A DNA stretch of 64,000 nucleotides from Ruminococcaceae bacterium UBA1741 (lineage in GTDB: Bacteria; Bacillota; Clostridia; Oscillospirales; Acutalibacteraceae), in contig DCHX01000029.1 in NCBI GenBank assembly GCA_002315685.1, positions 16,701-80,700 of the forward strand. Reading direction: 5' to 3'. Shown in pieces: positions 1-9,408 of this stretch. Below the pieces are notes generated by a model. It did not search any database. It was not told where the DNA came from and was given only the letters and a program-made list of their open reading frames with translations. Both the position numbers and the translations under genes were made by a program. How positions within the stretch are numbered: position 1 is the first letter of the stretch; every line of letters begins with the position of its first letter.

Positions 1-335
1 CTCTTGTTACATTGGCTGAAAAGGTTGCAAAGCAGGTGCTTTCTACCGGCAAAAGCAGAGCGCTTGAACCTATGAATCCTTATGAGCGCCGTATTATACA
101 TACCGCAATTCAGGAAATTGACGGTGTTGTTTCTAACTCTGTCGGCGAAGGACAAGGCAGAAGAGTTGTTGTTTATTCCGAAAACGGCGATTCGAAACCG
201 CCTCGCATTAACGACAGACGCTCACGCGGTCAAAGAGGCAGAAGAAACGACCGTCCGAATAATACTGTTTCTACTGCTCCTTCAAGAGAACCTAAAAAAG
301 ACAGTGATGTTCCGCTTTACGGAAAAATCAACTAA
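1..335 (+). CDS. jag: Jag/KhpB-type R3H-domain RNA-binding protein, C-terminal part (5' end outside window)
   Basis: The frame is open from the window edge. It contains an R3H-like motif (PMNPYERRIIHTAIQEIDGV) and a basic Arg-rich tail. Stop TAA at 333-335. Confidence 0.75.
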   Translation, partial: LVTLAEKVAKQVLSTGKSRALEPMNPYERRIIHTAIQEIDGVVSNSVGEGQGRRVVVYSENGDSKPPRINDRRSRGQRGRRNDRPNNTVSTAPSREPKKDSDVPLYGKIN

Positions 336-342
336 TGCTTTT

Positions 343-373
343 CGGTGGTGTTTTTATTGCATCACCGTTTTTT
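343..373 (+). terminator. Intrinsic terminator after jag
   Basis: CGGTGGTG (343-350) pairs with CATCACCG (360-367, one G-U pair), followed by TTTTTT (368-373). Confidence 0.7.
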
Positions 374-415
374 GATATAAATATACAAAAATAATGTAAA
401 AATACTAAATAATGC

Positions 416-445
416 TTGACATAAAGCAATTATTTAATGTATAAT
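416..445 (+). promoter_or_regulatory. Sigma-70-type promoter upstream of rpsU
   Basis: TTGACA (416-421), 18-nt spacer, TATAAT (440-445). Confidence 0.6.
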
Positions 446-493
446 CATAGTACAAGTATAACCCCTGCGATTTTGCGGAGGGAGGGAATATAA

Positions 494-670
494 ATGAGTC
501 AGGTAAAAGTTAAAGAAAACGAATCTCTTGATAATGCTCTTCGTCGTTTTAAGAGACAAACTGCTAAGGACGGAGTTATTCAGGAAGTTCGTAAAAGAGA
601 GCATTATGAGAAGCCCTCTGTAAAGCGCAAAAAGAAGTCGGAAGCTGCTCGTAAGAGAAAGTTCCGCTAA
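494..670 (+). CDS. rpsU: 30S ribosomal protein S21
   Basis: 58-codon ORF missing from the ORF track because it is under 60 aa. It translates to [58 protein letters not shown], a typical S21 sequence. GGAGGG lies 7 nt upstream of the ATG. Confidence 0.95.
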   Translation: MSQVKVKENESLDNALRRFKRQTAKDGVIQEVRKREHYEKPSVKRKKKSEAARKRKFR

Positions 671-687
671 TTTAGCATTATTAAAAA

Positions 688-715
688 GGCGGTATATACC
701 GCCTTTTTATTATTT
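688..715 (+). terminator. Intrinsic terminator after rpsU
   Basis: GGCGGTATATACCGCC hairpin (688-703) followed by a T-rich run. Confidence 0.8.
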
Positions 716-728
716 TTTGGAGTGTTTT

Positions 729-1229
729 ATGTTACTGAAACCTAATTTGAAGCTTGATAAAATAACCGATATAACCTATGAAATGTTAAAACGCCGTAAT
801 ATCACATCTTTGCTTTTGGATGTTGATAATACCCTCTCTACACATCACGGGATGGTGCTTTGTGCCGGGCTTGAGGAATGGCTTAAATATATGAAGGATA
901 ACGGTATTAACCTGCTTATCCTTTCAAACTCAAAAAAGAAAAGGGTAGAGCCGTTCGCTGAAAAAATCGGACTTCCCTTTATTTCGCTCGGGCTTAAACC
1001 GCTTTTTACCGGTTTTGCAAGAGGCAGGAAAAGACTGAATGTCGGTCGTAAAAATTTAGCTATTGTAGGCGACCAAATTTTTACCGATACATTAGGCGGT
1101 AATTTCTACGGAATAAACACAATACTTTTAACCCCGATAAAGCCCGAAAGCAGTTTGAGGTTCAAAATTAAAAGAAGGCTTGAAAAGGCGGTATATAAAA
1201 TTTATAAAATCGAAGATATGAAGGAGTAA
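729..1229 (+). CDS. yqeG: YqeG-family HAD phosphatase (HAD subfamily IIIA)
   Basis: HAD motifs LLLDVDNTL, LSNS and VGDQIFTDTLGGN. The start is set at the ATG at 729 (TGGAG 6 nt upstream) rather than the TTG at 717. Confidence 0.8.
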   Translation: MLLKPNLKLDKITDITYEMLKRRNITSLLLDVDNTLSTHHGMVLCAGLEEWLKYMKDNGINLLILSNSKKKRVEPFAEKIGLPFISLGLKPLFTGFARGRKRLNVGRKNLAIVGDQIFTDTLGGNFYGINTILLTPIKPESSLRFKIKRRLEKAVYKIYKIEDMKE

Positions 1230-1233
1230 GCTT

Positions 1234-2088
1234 ATGTCTTGTAAATTCGGTCCTGCCGGAAACTCAAATTCTTTTTTCGATATGGGATATAAAAATAGTT
1301 TGCAAGTACCCGAATATATCACAAAGATGGGACTTGATGTATTTGAGTATTCTTGCGGACGAGGTGTAAACATAGGTCTTGAAAAGGCAAGCGAGCTTGG
1401 AAAACTTGCGAAAGAAAAGGGTATTCTCTTATCTTTACACGCACCTTATTATATTTCTATGTCATCAGTCGAGGAAGAAAAAAGACTTAATTCGATAAAT
1501 TACATTTTGGCAAGTGCGAGAGCGGTAAACGCTATGGGCGGTAACAGAATTGTTGTTCATACCGGCTCTTGCGGAAAAATAAGCCGTGAAGAAGCACTTT
1601 ATTTGGCAAAGGATACAATGAAATCAGCCCTTTTGGCTCTTGATAGCGAGAATTTAGGCCATATTCATATTTGCCCAGAAACTATGGGAAAGGTTAATCA
1701 GCTTGGTACACTTGACGAGGTAATTGAGCTTTGTACTCTTGATGAACGGCTTATTCCCTGTATTGATTTCGGACACTTGAATGCCCGTGATTTAGGCTTC
1801 TTCAAGGTGTTTGAGGATTATGAAAGTGTGTATAATAATATCGAAAACCGTTTAGGCGAAGATAGACTTAAAAATTTCCATTCGCATTTTTCAAAGATAG
1901 AATACACAACGGGCGGGGAAAAAAGGCATTTGACCTTTGAGGATACTCTTTACGGTCCTGATTTTGAGCCTGTTATGGAGCTTTCATATAAAAAGAATTG
2001 CAGTAATATATTTATTTGTGAGTCTGACGGAACACAAGCCGAGGACGCAAAACAAATGAAAGACTGTTATATGTCTATTAAGGATTGA
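1234..2088 (+). CDS. Endonuclease IV-like TIM-barrel protein (AP endonuclease family 2 fold)
   Basis: Metal-ligand-like motifs in the Nfo order: LHAPYY, VVHTG, PETMGK, DFGHLNAR, HSHFS. AAGGAG RBS upstream. Confidence 0.6.
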   Translation: MSCKFGPAGNSNSFFDMGYKNSLQVPEYITKMGLDVFEYSCGRGVNIGLEKASELGKLAKEKGILLSLHAPYYISMSSVEEEKRLNSINYILASARAVNAMGGNRIVVHTGSCGKISREEALYLAKDTMKSALLALDSENLGHIHICPETMGKVNQLGTLDEVIELCTLDERLIPCIDFGHLNARDLGFFKVFEDYESVYNNIENRLGEDRLKNFHSHFSKIEYTTGGEKRHLTFEDTLYGPDFEPVMELSYKKNCSNIFICESDGTQAEDAKQMKDCYMSIKD

Positions 2089-2145
2089 ATTAGTTAAAAT
2101 TTGGGTGTATAATCTTTTTACCTAACATTTTAAGGAGAAGGTTTA

Positions 2146-3510
2146 ATGAAAATAATTATCGCAGGTTGCGGAAAAGTCGGAGATATTCTTATTAAAGACC
2201 TCACGGCTGAGGGACATAATGTTGTTGTTATTGATAAAGACTCTAATGTTTTGCAGTCAATAACCAATATTTATGATGTGATGTGCGTTTGCGGAAGTGC
2301 TGCCGACTACGATACACTTATTGAGGCGGATATAAAAACAGCACAGATTTTTGTGGCTGTTACCGGCTCTGATGAACTTAATATGCTTGCCTGCTTTATT
2401 GCAAAAAAGCTTGGTATTGAGCATACTATTGCCCGAATAAGAAACCCCGAATACAATGACAACGGCGAGGGCTATAACTTTATTAAGCAACAGCTTAATT
2501 TATCACTTGCAATAAATCCCGAAAGATTAGCGGCCCACGAAATATATAATATCTTAAAGCTTCCGAGTGCTCTTAATATAGAAACATTTTCAAACGGAAA
2601 GTTTGAGGTTATCGAAATTAAATTAAAGCCGGATTCTTTGCTTGACGGCACATCTCTTTCGGAGCTTCGAAAGAAATTACCCGAAAAATTTCTTATTTGT
2701 GTCGTAAAAAGAGGGGAAGAAACTTATATCCCCGACGGTAATTTTGTGCTTAAAGCAGGGGATATTATAGCATTTACCGCAGAACCGTCCCAGGTTCAAA
2801 GACTTCTTAAAAAGATTTCAAAGCTTCAAAAACAAGCAAGAAATGTTATGATAATGGGTGCAAGTAAAACTGCATATTATTTGGCGAAAACCCTTATTGC
2901 AAGTGGAAATTCCGTTAAGATTATAGAAAGAAATAAGGAAAGATGTCTTGAAGTAAGCAAGGCGTTGCCGAATGCTACGGTTATTTTCGGCGATGGCTCC
3001 GAAAGAGAATTATTACTTGAAGAAGGCATTACTTCGGTTGATGCGTTTGTTTCGCTTACCGGTATGGATGAGGAAAATATACTTGTGTCAATGTTTGCTT
3101 CCTCCCAAAATGTTCCTAAGGTTATATCAAAGGTCAACCGTTCGGGACTTGCCTCTATGACCGAAAAGTTAGACCTTGATACGATTATTACCCCAAAAAA
3201 GATTATTTCCGATGTTATTGTAAGATATGCCCGTGCGCTTCAAAACTCGGCGGGAAGTAAAATGGAAACCCTTTATAAGATAATGGGCGGAAAAGCTGAG
3301 GCACTTGAATTTATCGTTGAAGATACCTTCAAGAGTGTTAATATACCACTTAAAGACTTAAAACTCAAACCGAATATTATTATTTCGGGAATTTTAAGAG
3401 GCAGAAAATCAATTATCCCGTCGGGCGACGATGTTATATTGCCTAATGATAGGGTAATTGTAATTGCGACCGGTCAGCATATTGACGACCTTTCGGATAT
3501 TATTAAGTAA
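2146..3510 (+). CDS. trkA: Trk K+ uptake system NAD-binding subunit TrkA (two tandem RCK units)
   Basis: 454 aa with two Rossmann GxGxxG starts (IIIAGCGKVG and IMGASKTA), each followed by an RCK_C-like segment. Confidence 0.9.
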   Translation: MKIIIAGCGKVGDILIKDLTAEGHNVVVIDKDSNVLQSITNIYDVMCVCGSAADYDTLIEADIKTAQIFVAVTGSDELNMLACFIAKKLGIEHTIARIRNPEYNDNGEGYNFIKQQLNLSLAINPERLAAHEIYNILKLPSALNIETFSNGKFEVIEIKLKPDSLLDGTSLSELRKKLPEKFLICVVKRGEETYIPDGNFVLKAGDIIAFTAEPSQVQRLLKKISKLQKQARNVMIMGASKTAYYLAKTLIASGNSVKIIERNKERCLEVSKALPNATVIFGDGSERELLLEEGITSVDAFVSLTGMDEENILVSMFASSQNVPKVISKVNRSGLASMTEKLDLDTIITPKKIISDVIVRYARALQNSAGSKMETLYKIMGGKAEALEFIVEDTFKSVNIPLKDLKLKPNIIISGILRGRKSIIPSGDDVILPNDRVIVIATGQHIDDLSDIIK

Positions 3511-3527
3511 GGCGAGAGTTTTATTAA

Positions 3528-4976
3528 ATGAATACAAAAATGGTTTTTTATATAACGGGAAAGATTATCAGTACAGTGGCAATTCTTATGCTTTTACCGA
3601 TAACCGTTTCGTTTATATACTCTGAAACAACATCGCTTTTGTGCTTTTCGGCGGTGGCAATATCGGCTTTTATATTAGGCGGTGTTTTGTCGCTTGTTTG
3701 TAAAAGCGGTAATACAAATATTTATGCCCGTGAAGGCTTTATTATTGTTGTAATGGCTTGGCTTTCGGTATCGGTTATCGGTGCTTTGCCGTTTGTAGTA
3801 AGCCGTGAAATCCCTTCGTTTGTTGATGCTTTCTTTGAAACGGTAAGCGGTTTTACCACTACGGGTGCATCAATTCTTGACAATGTAGAGCTTTTGAGCA
3901 AAAGTATGCTGTTTTGGCGTAGCTTTACCCACTTTATCGGCGGTATGGGCGTACTTGTTTTCGTAATGGCGATTATTCCGAGCGTTTCGGATAGGTCTAT
4001 TCACATTTTGCGTGCCGAGATGCCGGGACCTACCGTTGATAAAATTGTGCCCCGTGCGAAGGACACCGCTAAAATACTTTACCTTATTTATATCGGTATG
4101 ACACTTGCCCAAATTGCTTTGCTGTATTTCGGCGGAATGCCTTTGTTTGACAGCATTGTTCATTCGTTCGGCACTGCGGGTACGGGCGGATTCGGAATAA
4201 AATCCACAAGTGTTGCCGGTTATTCCACCTATTCAAAATGGGTTATCGGAATATTTATGGTTCTTTTCGGAATAAATTTTAACCTGTTTTATCTTTTGCT
4301 TATCAAGCGTTCAAAATCGGCATTTAAGAGCACTGAGCTTTGGACATATTTAGGTATCGTTACTATATCCGTAATTGCGATTTGCGCTAATATATATTCG
4401 GTTTACGGCAACCTTTCTGCTACATTGACAGATTCGTTTTTCCAAGTATCTTCAATTATTTCCACAACTGGTTATTCTACAACCGACTTTAATACTTGGC
4501 CTACATTATCTAAAACGATTTTGCTTATACTAATGGTAATCGGCGCTTGCGGAGGCTCTACTGCCGGCGGTATAAAGGTTTCAAGAATTGTGCTGTCCTT
4601 TAAGATTTTGGCAAGAAAGATAAAAACGCTTTCTCATCCCCGTGCTGTTTCTACCGTTAAAATTGACGGAAAAAATGTAGATGAGGATACTATTTCAAGC
4701 GTTTGCATTTATACTATGATTTATGCTATTTGTGTAATAGCGATTTTCCTTTTGCTATCTTTCGAAAAAACCGATATTGAAACTAATTTAAGCGCAACAC
4801 TTGCTTGTTTTAATAATATCGGTCCCGGTCTCGGACAAGTAGGACCGCTTAGCAGTTATTCGGGATATTCGGCATTTTCAAAAATCGTATTATCCTTTGC
4901 GATGCTTATGGGACGGCTTGAAATATTCCCGATAATAGTATTTTTCGCTCCCCGTTCTTGGAAAAAAGGTAGGTAA
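3528..4976 (+). CDS. trkH: TrkH-family K+ transporter membrane subunit
   Basis: 482 aa polytopic protein with repeated selectivity-filter-like TTGxS/TAGxGG motifs (TTTGAS, GTAGTGGFG, STTGYS, GGSTAGGIKV). Confidence 0.9.
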   Translation: MNTKMVFYITGKIISTVAILMLLPITVSFIYSETTSLLCFSAVAISAFILGGVLSLVCKSGNTNIYAREGFIIVVMAWLSVSVIGALPFVVSREIPSFVDAFFETVSGFTTTGASILDNVELLSKSMLFWRSFTHFIGGMGVLVFVMAIIPSVSDRSIHILRAEMPGPTVDKIVPRAKDTAKILYLIYIGMTLAQIALLYFGGMPLFDSIVHSFGTAGTGGFGIKSTSVAGYSTYSKWVIGIFMVLFGINFNLFYLLLIKRSKSAFKSTELWTYLGIVTISVIAICANIYSVYGNLSATLTDSFFQVSSIISTTGYSTTDFNTWPTLSKTILLILMVIGACGGSTAGGIKVSRIVLSFKILARKIKTLSHPRAVSTVKIDGKNVDEDTISSVCIYTMIYAICVIAIFLLLSFEKTDIETNLSATLACFNNIGPGLGQVGPLSSYSGYSAFSKIVLSFAMLMGRLEIFPIIVFFAPRSWKKGR

Positions 4977-4985
4977 TAGTAAAAA

Positions 4986-6302
4986 ATGAAAAACCGTAAG
5001 TTTTTTTCTTCCGAGAGAACTGTTATTTTCGGATTTTCGGCTTTAATACTTTTAGGCGCAATGCTTTTAATGCTGCCGATTTCTTCAAACGGAGGTATGG
5101 GCTTTATTGATGCGCTTTTTACCGCTACATCATCCTCCTGCGTTACAGGACTTGTTGTAAAAGACACGGCAACATACTTTACCGTTTTCGGTAAGATAGT
5201 TATAATGCTTATGATACAAATCGGAGGAATGGGTGTTGTAACTATGGCTGTTCTTGCTGCCATTATTTCGGGCAGAAGAATAGGTCTTAACCAAAGAAGT
5301 ATAATGCAAAATTCTATTTCCGCACCTAAAATCGGCGGAATTATTAAGCTTACGGGCTTTATCGTTAAGGTTTCTCTGTCTATTGAATTTTTAGGTGCCG
5401 CCGCTCTTTGTTTTCCGTTTTGTAAGAGCTTCGGAATAAAGGGCGTTTGGTATGCGGTGTTCCATTCGGTTTCGGCGTTTTGTAACGCGGGATTTGATAT
5501 AATAGACAAAAAACAACCCTTTTCATCGTTTTGTGAATACTCAACCGAGCCTGTTATCAATGTAACATTTATGCTTTTGATAATTATCGGCGGTATCGGC
5601 TTTATGACTTGGGACGATATAAAAAACCATAAGTTTAGGTTAAGAAGATATTCTTTGCAAAGTAAGGTTGTATTAACCGTAACCGCTATACTTGTGTTTT
5701 TACCGGCGATTTTTTTCTTTTTGTTTGAGTTCGCCGATTTGCCGACTGTCAAAAGAATATGGGTATCGCTTTTTCAGTCGGTAACTTTAAGAACGGCGGG
5801 ATTTAATACCGTCTCTTTTGATAAACTCAGTGATAGCGGAAAGCTTATTATGATAGCGATTATGTTGGTAGGCGGTGCGCCCGGCTCTACTGCGGGAGGT
5901 ATGAAGGTTACTACCGTTGCGGTTATGTTTTTCTCGGTAATGTCGGTATTCAAACGAAAAAACTCTGCCGAAGCCTTCGGCAGAAGAATACCCGATTCGG
6001 TTATTAAAAACGCCGCCGCAATATTCTTCCTTTATCTTACGCTTTTTGTTACGGGTGCCGTAGTTATAAGTATGGTGGAATCGTTACCGCTTATAGATTG
6101 TCTTTTTGAAACATCTTCGGCAATAGCAACCGTAGGACTCACGGTCGGCATTACATCTTCACTTTCGGCAATTTCAAAAATAATACTTATCGCCCTTATG
6201 TTTTTAGGCCGTGTCGGCGGTCTTACAATAGTCTTTGCGACTGTTTCGGGCGGCGATGTTGATACTAAAAAATTACCGCAGGAAAAAATTACGGTAGGAT
6301 AG
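4986..6302 (+). CDS. ktrB: Second TrkH/KtrB-family K+ transporter membrane subunit
   Basis: 438 aa paralogue with VTGL, NAGF, RTAGFN and GSTAGGMKV filter motifs. It lies 9 nt after trkH. Confidence 0.85.
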   Translation: MKNRKFFSSERTVIFGFSALILLGAMLLMLPISSNGGMGFIDALFTATSSSCVTGLVVKDTATYFTVFGKIVIMLMIQIGGMGVVTMAVLAAIISGRRIGLNQRSIMQNSISAPKIGGIIKLTGFIVKVSLSIEFLGAAALCFPFCKSFGIKGVWYAVFHSVSAFCNAGFDIIDKKQPFSSFCEYSTEPVINVTFMLLIIIGGIGFMTWDDIKNHKFRLRRYSLQSKVVLTVTAILVFLPAIFFFLFEFADLPTVKRIWVSLFQSVTLRTAGFNTVSFDKLSDSGKLIMIAIMLVGGAPGSTAGGMKVTTVAVMFFSVMSVFKRKNSAEAFGRRIPDSVIKNAAAIFFLYLTLFVTGAVVISMVESLPLIDCLFETSSAIATVGLTVGITSSLSAISKIILIALMFLGRVGGLTIVFATVSGGDVDTKKLPQEKITVG

Positions 6303-6311
6303 GAGAAAGCT

Positions 6312-6959
6312 ATGAAAAGTATTTTGGTAATCGGTCTTGGAAGATTCGGCTACAATATAGCAAAAAAATTAAGCGAAATGAAGCACGAGGTTATGGCGAT
6401 AGACCGCCACGAAGACCTTGTAAACGAAGTTTTGGATTTTGTTACTAACGCTCAAATAGGGGACAGCACAGATATTGATTATCTTCAAACATTAGGTGTA
6501 GAAAGCTTTGATTTGTGTATAGTTGCGATTAGGAATAACTTTCAAACCTCGCTCGAAACAACCTCGCTTTTGAAAGAACTCGGCGCTAAAAAGGTTGTTT
6601 CCTGCGCTACTAATGATATACACGAAAAGTTTTTGTTGAGAAACGGTGCCGATGCCGTAGTTTATCCCGAAAAGCAACTTGCTACTTGGACGGCTGTCCG
6701 TTTTACCGCCGATAATGTTTTCGATTATATTAAGCTTGATGATGAGTTTTCGATTTTTGAGGTAAGTACCCCTGAAAATTGGGTGGGTAAAACAATCGGT
6801 CAGTTGGCTATCCGACCTAAATACGGTATAAATGTTTTGGCTGTTAAATCGGGCGATAAGTTTGATGTTAAGGTTATGCCGGATACCCTTTTGACAAAAG
6901 AAGAGCATTTGCTTGTATTAGGTAGCATAAAAAATGTCAAAAAGTGCTTTGATATTTAA
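6312..6959 (+). CDS. ktrA: KtrA-type single-RCK K+ transporter gating subunit
   Basis: 215 aa with an N-terminal GLGRFG Rossmann motif plus an RCK_C domain. It lies 9 nt after ktrB. Confidence 0.85.
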   Translation: MKSILVIGLGRFGYNIAKKLSEMKHEVMAIDRHEDLVNEVLDFVTNAQIGDSTDIDYLQTLGVESFDLCIVAIRNNFQTSLETTSLLKELGAKKVVSCATNDIHEKFLLRNGADAVVYPEKQLATWTAVRFTADNVFDYIKLDDEFSIFEVSTPENWVGKTIGQLAIRPKYGINVLAVKSGDKFDVKVMPDTLLTKEEHLLVLGSIKNVKKCFDI

Positions 6960-6990
6960 CCGACCGCTGTTTTTTCGACTTATATTTTTC

Positions 6991-7019
6991 TTGACAAAAT
7001 ACTGTATATAAAGTATAAT
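6991..7019 (+). promoter_or_regulatory. Consensus sigma-70-type promoter upstream of efp
   Basis: TTGACA (6991-6996), 17-nt spacer, TATAAT (7014-7019). Confidence 0.7.
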
Positions 7020-7064
7020 TTTTAAGATAAATTATTATTTTTATTATTTTTGGAGGAATTATAA

Positions 7065-7622
7065 ATGGTAAGTGCCGGAGATTTTAGAAATGGTGTAACA
7101 TTTGAGGAGGACGGTCAAGTTCTTCAAGTTGTTGAATTCCAGCATGTTAAACCCGGAAAGGGTGCTGCGTTCGTAAGAACAAAAACCAAGAATGTTATTA
7201 CCGGTGCGGTAGTTGAAAAATCATATAACCCAACTGCTAAATTCCCAACTGCTTTTATTGAAAGAAAAGATATGGAATATTCCTATGCGGATGGCGACCT
7301 TTATTACTTTATGGACCAGGAAACCTATGATATGGTTCCGATCAATAAGAGCGAAATGAGCGACAACTTTAAGTTCGTTAAGGAAAATATGGTATGCAAG
7401 ATTTTGTCATATAAGGGCAAAGTATTCGGTGTAGAGCCACCTACATTTGTTGAGTTGGTTGTAGCTCATACCGAACCCGGATTTGCCGGAAATACCGCTA
7501 CTAACGCTACTAAGCCCGCTACTCTTGAAACCGGTTGTGAAATCCGTGTTCCGCTTTTCATAAACGAAGGCGAAGCTATTCGTATTGATACCCGTACCGG
7601 CGAGTATATGGAACGCGCTTAA
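7065..7622 (+). CDS. efp: Translation elongation factor P
   Basis: 185 aa with the classic EF-P N-terminus and the KPGKGAAF loop. Confidence 0.97.
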   Translation: MVSAGDFRNGVTFEEDGQVLQVVEFQHVKPGKGAAFVRTKTKNVITGAVVEKSYNPTAKFPTAFIERKDMEYSYADGDLYYFMDQETYDMVPINKSEMSDNFKFVKENMVCKILSYKGKVFGVEPPTFVELVVAHTEPGFAGNTATNATKPATLETGCEIRVPLFINEGEAIRIDTRTGEYMERA

Positions 7623-7646
7623 ATTATTTTTTAAGGAGAAACTATA

Positions 7647-8096
7647 ATGGATATTTGTGAGAAAATTGCTTATATCAACGGTCTTGCGGAAGGTCTTGAC
7701 CTTGACACAACTTCAAAGGAAGGTAAAATTCTTTCCGCTATAATCGATTTGCTTTCCGACATTACAGAAGAAATTTGTGATGTTGAAGATGCTTGCGATG
7801 ATATGTGCGACCAGCTTGATGCTGTTGATGAGGACCTTTCCCGTTTGGAAGAAATCGTTTATGATGACGATTACGATTATGATTGTGATTGCGATTGCGA
7901 TTGCGATTGTGGTTGTGATGACGATGAGCTTTATGAAATTGAATGTCCTAACTGCCACGATACTATTTATCTTGACGAGGATATGCTTGAAGACGAGATG
8001 ATTGACTGCCCTAATTGCGGAACTCCTCTCGAATTTGACTTTGATTGCGATTGTTGCGACTGTTGCGATTGCGACGAAGATTCGGCTGACGAATAA
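7647..8096 (+). CDS. Highly acidic Cys/Asp-repeat protein with a central CPNC...CPNC zinc ribbon (resembles the family annotated as CD1247 N-terminal domain protein)
   Basis: 149 aa. It has a helical acidic N-terminal part, DYDYDCDCDCDCDCGCDDD, the zinc ribbon ECPNCHDTIYLDEDMLEDEMIDCPNCG, then DFDCDCCDCCDCDED. An AAGGAG RBS precedes it and it sits directly after efp. Confidence 0.7.
   Translation: MDICEKIAYINGLAEGLDLDTTSKEGKILSAIIDLLSDITEEICDVEDACDDMCDQLDAVDEDLSRLEEIVYDDDYDYDCDCDCDCDCGCDDDELYEIECPNCHDTIYLDEDMLEDEMIDCPNCGTPLEFDFDCDCCDCCDCDEDSADE
7869..7916 (+). repeat. In-frame hexanucleotide tandem repeat (GAT-TRY)x8 encoding (D-Y/C)n
   Basis: The units are gattac gattat gattgt gattgc gattgc gattgc gattgt ggttgt, read directly from the sequence. 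Confidence 0.9.
8043..8075 (+). repeat. Second, degenerate Cys/Asp-coding short repeat tract
   Basis: gattgcgattgttgcgactgttgcgattgcgac encodes DCDCCDCCDCD. Confidence 0.8.
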
Positions 8097-8111
8097 TATT
8101 TTTGTGAGTTA

Positions 8112-8149
8112 CCGCACTTCTCCTTTTGTTTGGAGCAGTGCGGTTTTTT
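8112..8149 (+). terminator. Intrinsic terminator after the Cys/Asp-repeat gene
   Basis: CCGCACTtCTCC pairs with GGAGcAGTGCGG, followed by TTTTTT (8144-8149). Confidence 0.8.
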
Positions 8150-8163
8150 GGTATGAGGTAAAA

Positions 8164-8904
8164 ATGGAAGTTTTAGAATACAAATTTTCTTACTGCTCGG
8201 TTAATGAGGTAGAATCTAAAATGCCCGTTATTGTTGTATCGGGCGGAAATGCTACGAGAATGAAGGGCATCGACAAGCAAATGCTTGAAATTTGCGGTGT
8301 GCCGGTTGTAATCAGAACTCTTATGGCGTTTGAAAAATGCGATAGCATATCCGATATTATTCTCGTTGCCAAAAAGAGTGAGGTGCTTAATCTTCAAGGG
8401 TTGTGCAATAAATATAAAATCACTAAATTGAGTGATATTGTTGAGGGCGGAAAGACAAGACACGAATCTGTTATGTGCGGTTTTTCCCGTTTGTCCGAAA
8501 AAAATACCTGCGTTTTGATTCACGACGGCGCAAGACCTTTCGTGTCGGAAAAAACAATAAAAAATGTTTGTAAGGCACTTAAAACCTGTGATGCTTCACT
8601 TGCGGCGCAAAAAATCGTTGACACCGTTAAAAATACCGATGGCGAACTAACGGTTGTAAATACGCTTGACCGCACTAATTTGTATCTTGCCCAAACACCG
8701 CAGGGAGTAAACATAAAAAAATATTTATCGGCTTGTGAAAAAGCGGATGCCGATAAATTTACAGATGATGCTTCTATTATGGAAAATGCGGGATATAAGG
8801 TTGCCGTTTGCGAAAGTGAGCGCACTAATATTAAAATTACTACACCCGAAGATATTGCCTTTGCCGAGGCGATTTGTAAAATTCGTGAAAGGGAGGGAAA
8901 TTGA
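8164..8904 (+). CDS. ispD: 2-C-methyl-D-erythritol 4-phosphate cytidylyltransferase
   Basis: IspD-like GGNATRMKG...DKQ N-terminal motif and overall length. The start is set at the ATG at 8164 (GAGGT upstream), and the ATG at 8221 is an alternative. The ORF-track start at 8002 would cross the upstream terminator. Confidence 0.85.
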   Translation: MEVLEYKFSYCSVNEVESKMPVIVVSGGNATRMKGIDKQMLEICGVPVVIRTLMAFEKCDSISDIILVAKKSEVLNLQGLCNKYKITKLSDIVEGGKTRHESVMCGFSRLSEKNTCVLIHDGARPFVSEKTIKNVCKALKTCDASLAAQKIVDTVKNTDGELTVVNTLDRTNLYLAQTPQGVNIKKYLSACEKADADKFTDDASIMENAGYKVAVCESERTNIKITTPEDIAFAEAICKIREREGN

Positions 8905-9380
8905 TGAGAATAGGCCACGGCTATGATGTTCACCGTTTGGTTGAGAATAGACGCCTTGTTTTAGGCGGTGTCGAAATTCCTTTTGATAAGGGACTTTTAG
9001 GTCATTCCGATGCTGATGTTTTGTTACACGCGATTTCCGATTCTCTTTTGGGTGCTGCTGCGCTCGGTGATATAGGAAAGCATTTTCCCGACACTGACGC
9101 AAAATATAAGGATGCCGACTCGCTTTTGCTTTTAAGTGAAGTTGCAAAAATCTTAAAGGATAACGGTTATAGTGTCGTTAATGTTGACTCAACCGTTATG
9201 GCACAAAATCCGAAGCTTTCACCGTATATCCAAATGATGAGGGAAAATATTGCAAAGGCGCTTTCTACCCACATTGACAATATAAGTGTAAAGGCTACAA
9301 CCGAGGAGGGTTTGGGCTTTACGGGCAGTGGGGACGGTATTTCCGCTACTGCTGTTTGCATAATTGAAAAAGTAATATAA
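8904..9380 (+). CDS. ispF: 2-C-methyl-D-erythritol 2,4-cyclodiphosphate synthase
   Basis: [13 protein letters not shown]-terminus and a [11 protein letters not shown] motif. The ATG overlaps the ispD TGA (TGATG). Confidence 0.95.
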   Translation: MRIGHGYDVHRLVENRRLVLGGVEIPFDKGLLGHSDADVLLHAISDSLLGAAALGDIGKHFPDTDAKYKDADSLLLLSEVAKILKDNGYSVVNVDSTVMAQNPKLSPYIQMMRENIAKALSTHIDNISVKATTEEGLGFTGSGDGISATAVCIIEKVI

Positions 9381-9408
9381 CCGGCTTTAATTTCATACCA
9401 TTTTATGG

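Noticed and set aside
2089-2145. Possible ydaO-type c-di-AMP riboswitch upstream of the K+ transporter operon
   Set aside because: The gap is only 57 nt and AT-rich, with no extended pairing.
4856-5752. 298-aa ORF on the minus strand, antisense to the trkH 3' end and ktrB
   Set aside because: It lies entirely inside well-supported membrane-protein genes on the other strand. The translation is low-complexity (Ile/Pro/Lys/Thr rich), has no RBS and contains no recognisable motif, which is typical of an antisense shadow ORF.
7869-8075. Short tandem repeats considered as a possible CRISPR or other non-coding repeat array
   Set aside because: The units are only 6 nt long with no spacers. They lie in frame within a coding region that has an RBS and a terminator, so they are codon repeats (Asp-Cys/Tyr).
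8002-8163. Long N-terminal extension of the ispD ORF given in the ORF track
   Set aside because: It overlaps the 3' end of the preceding gene and runs through that gene's intrinsic terminator (8112-8149). RBS-preceded ATGs at 8164 and 8221 give a normal IspD N-terminus.
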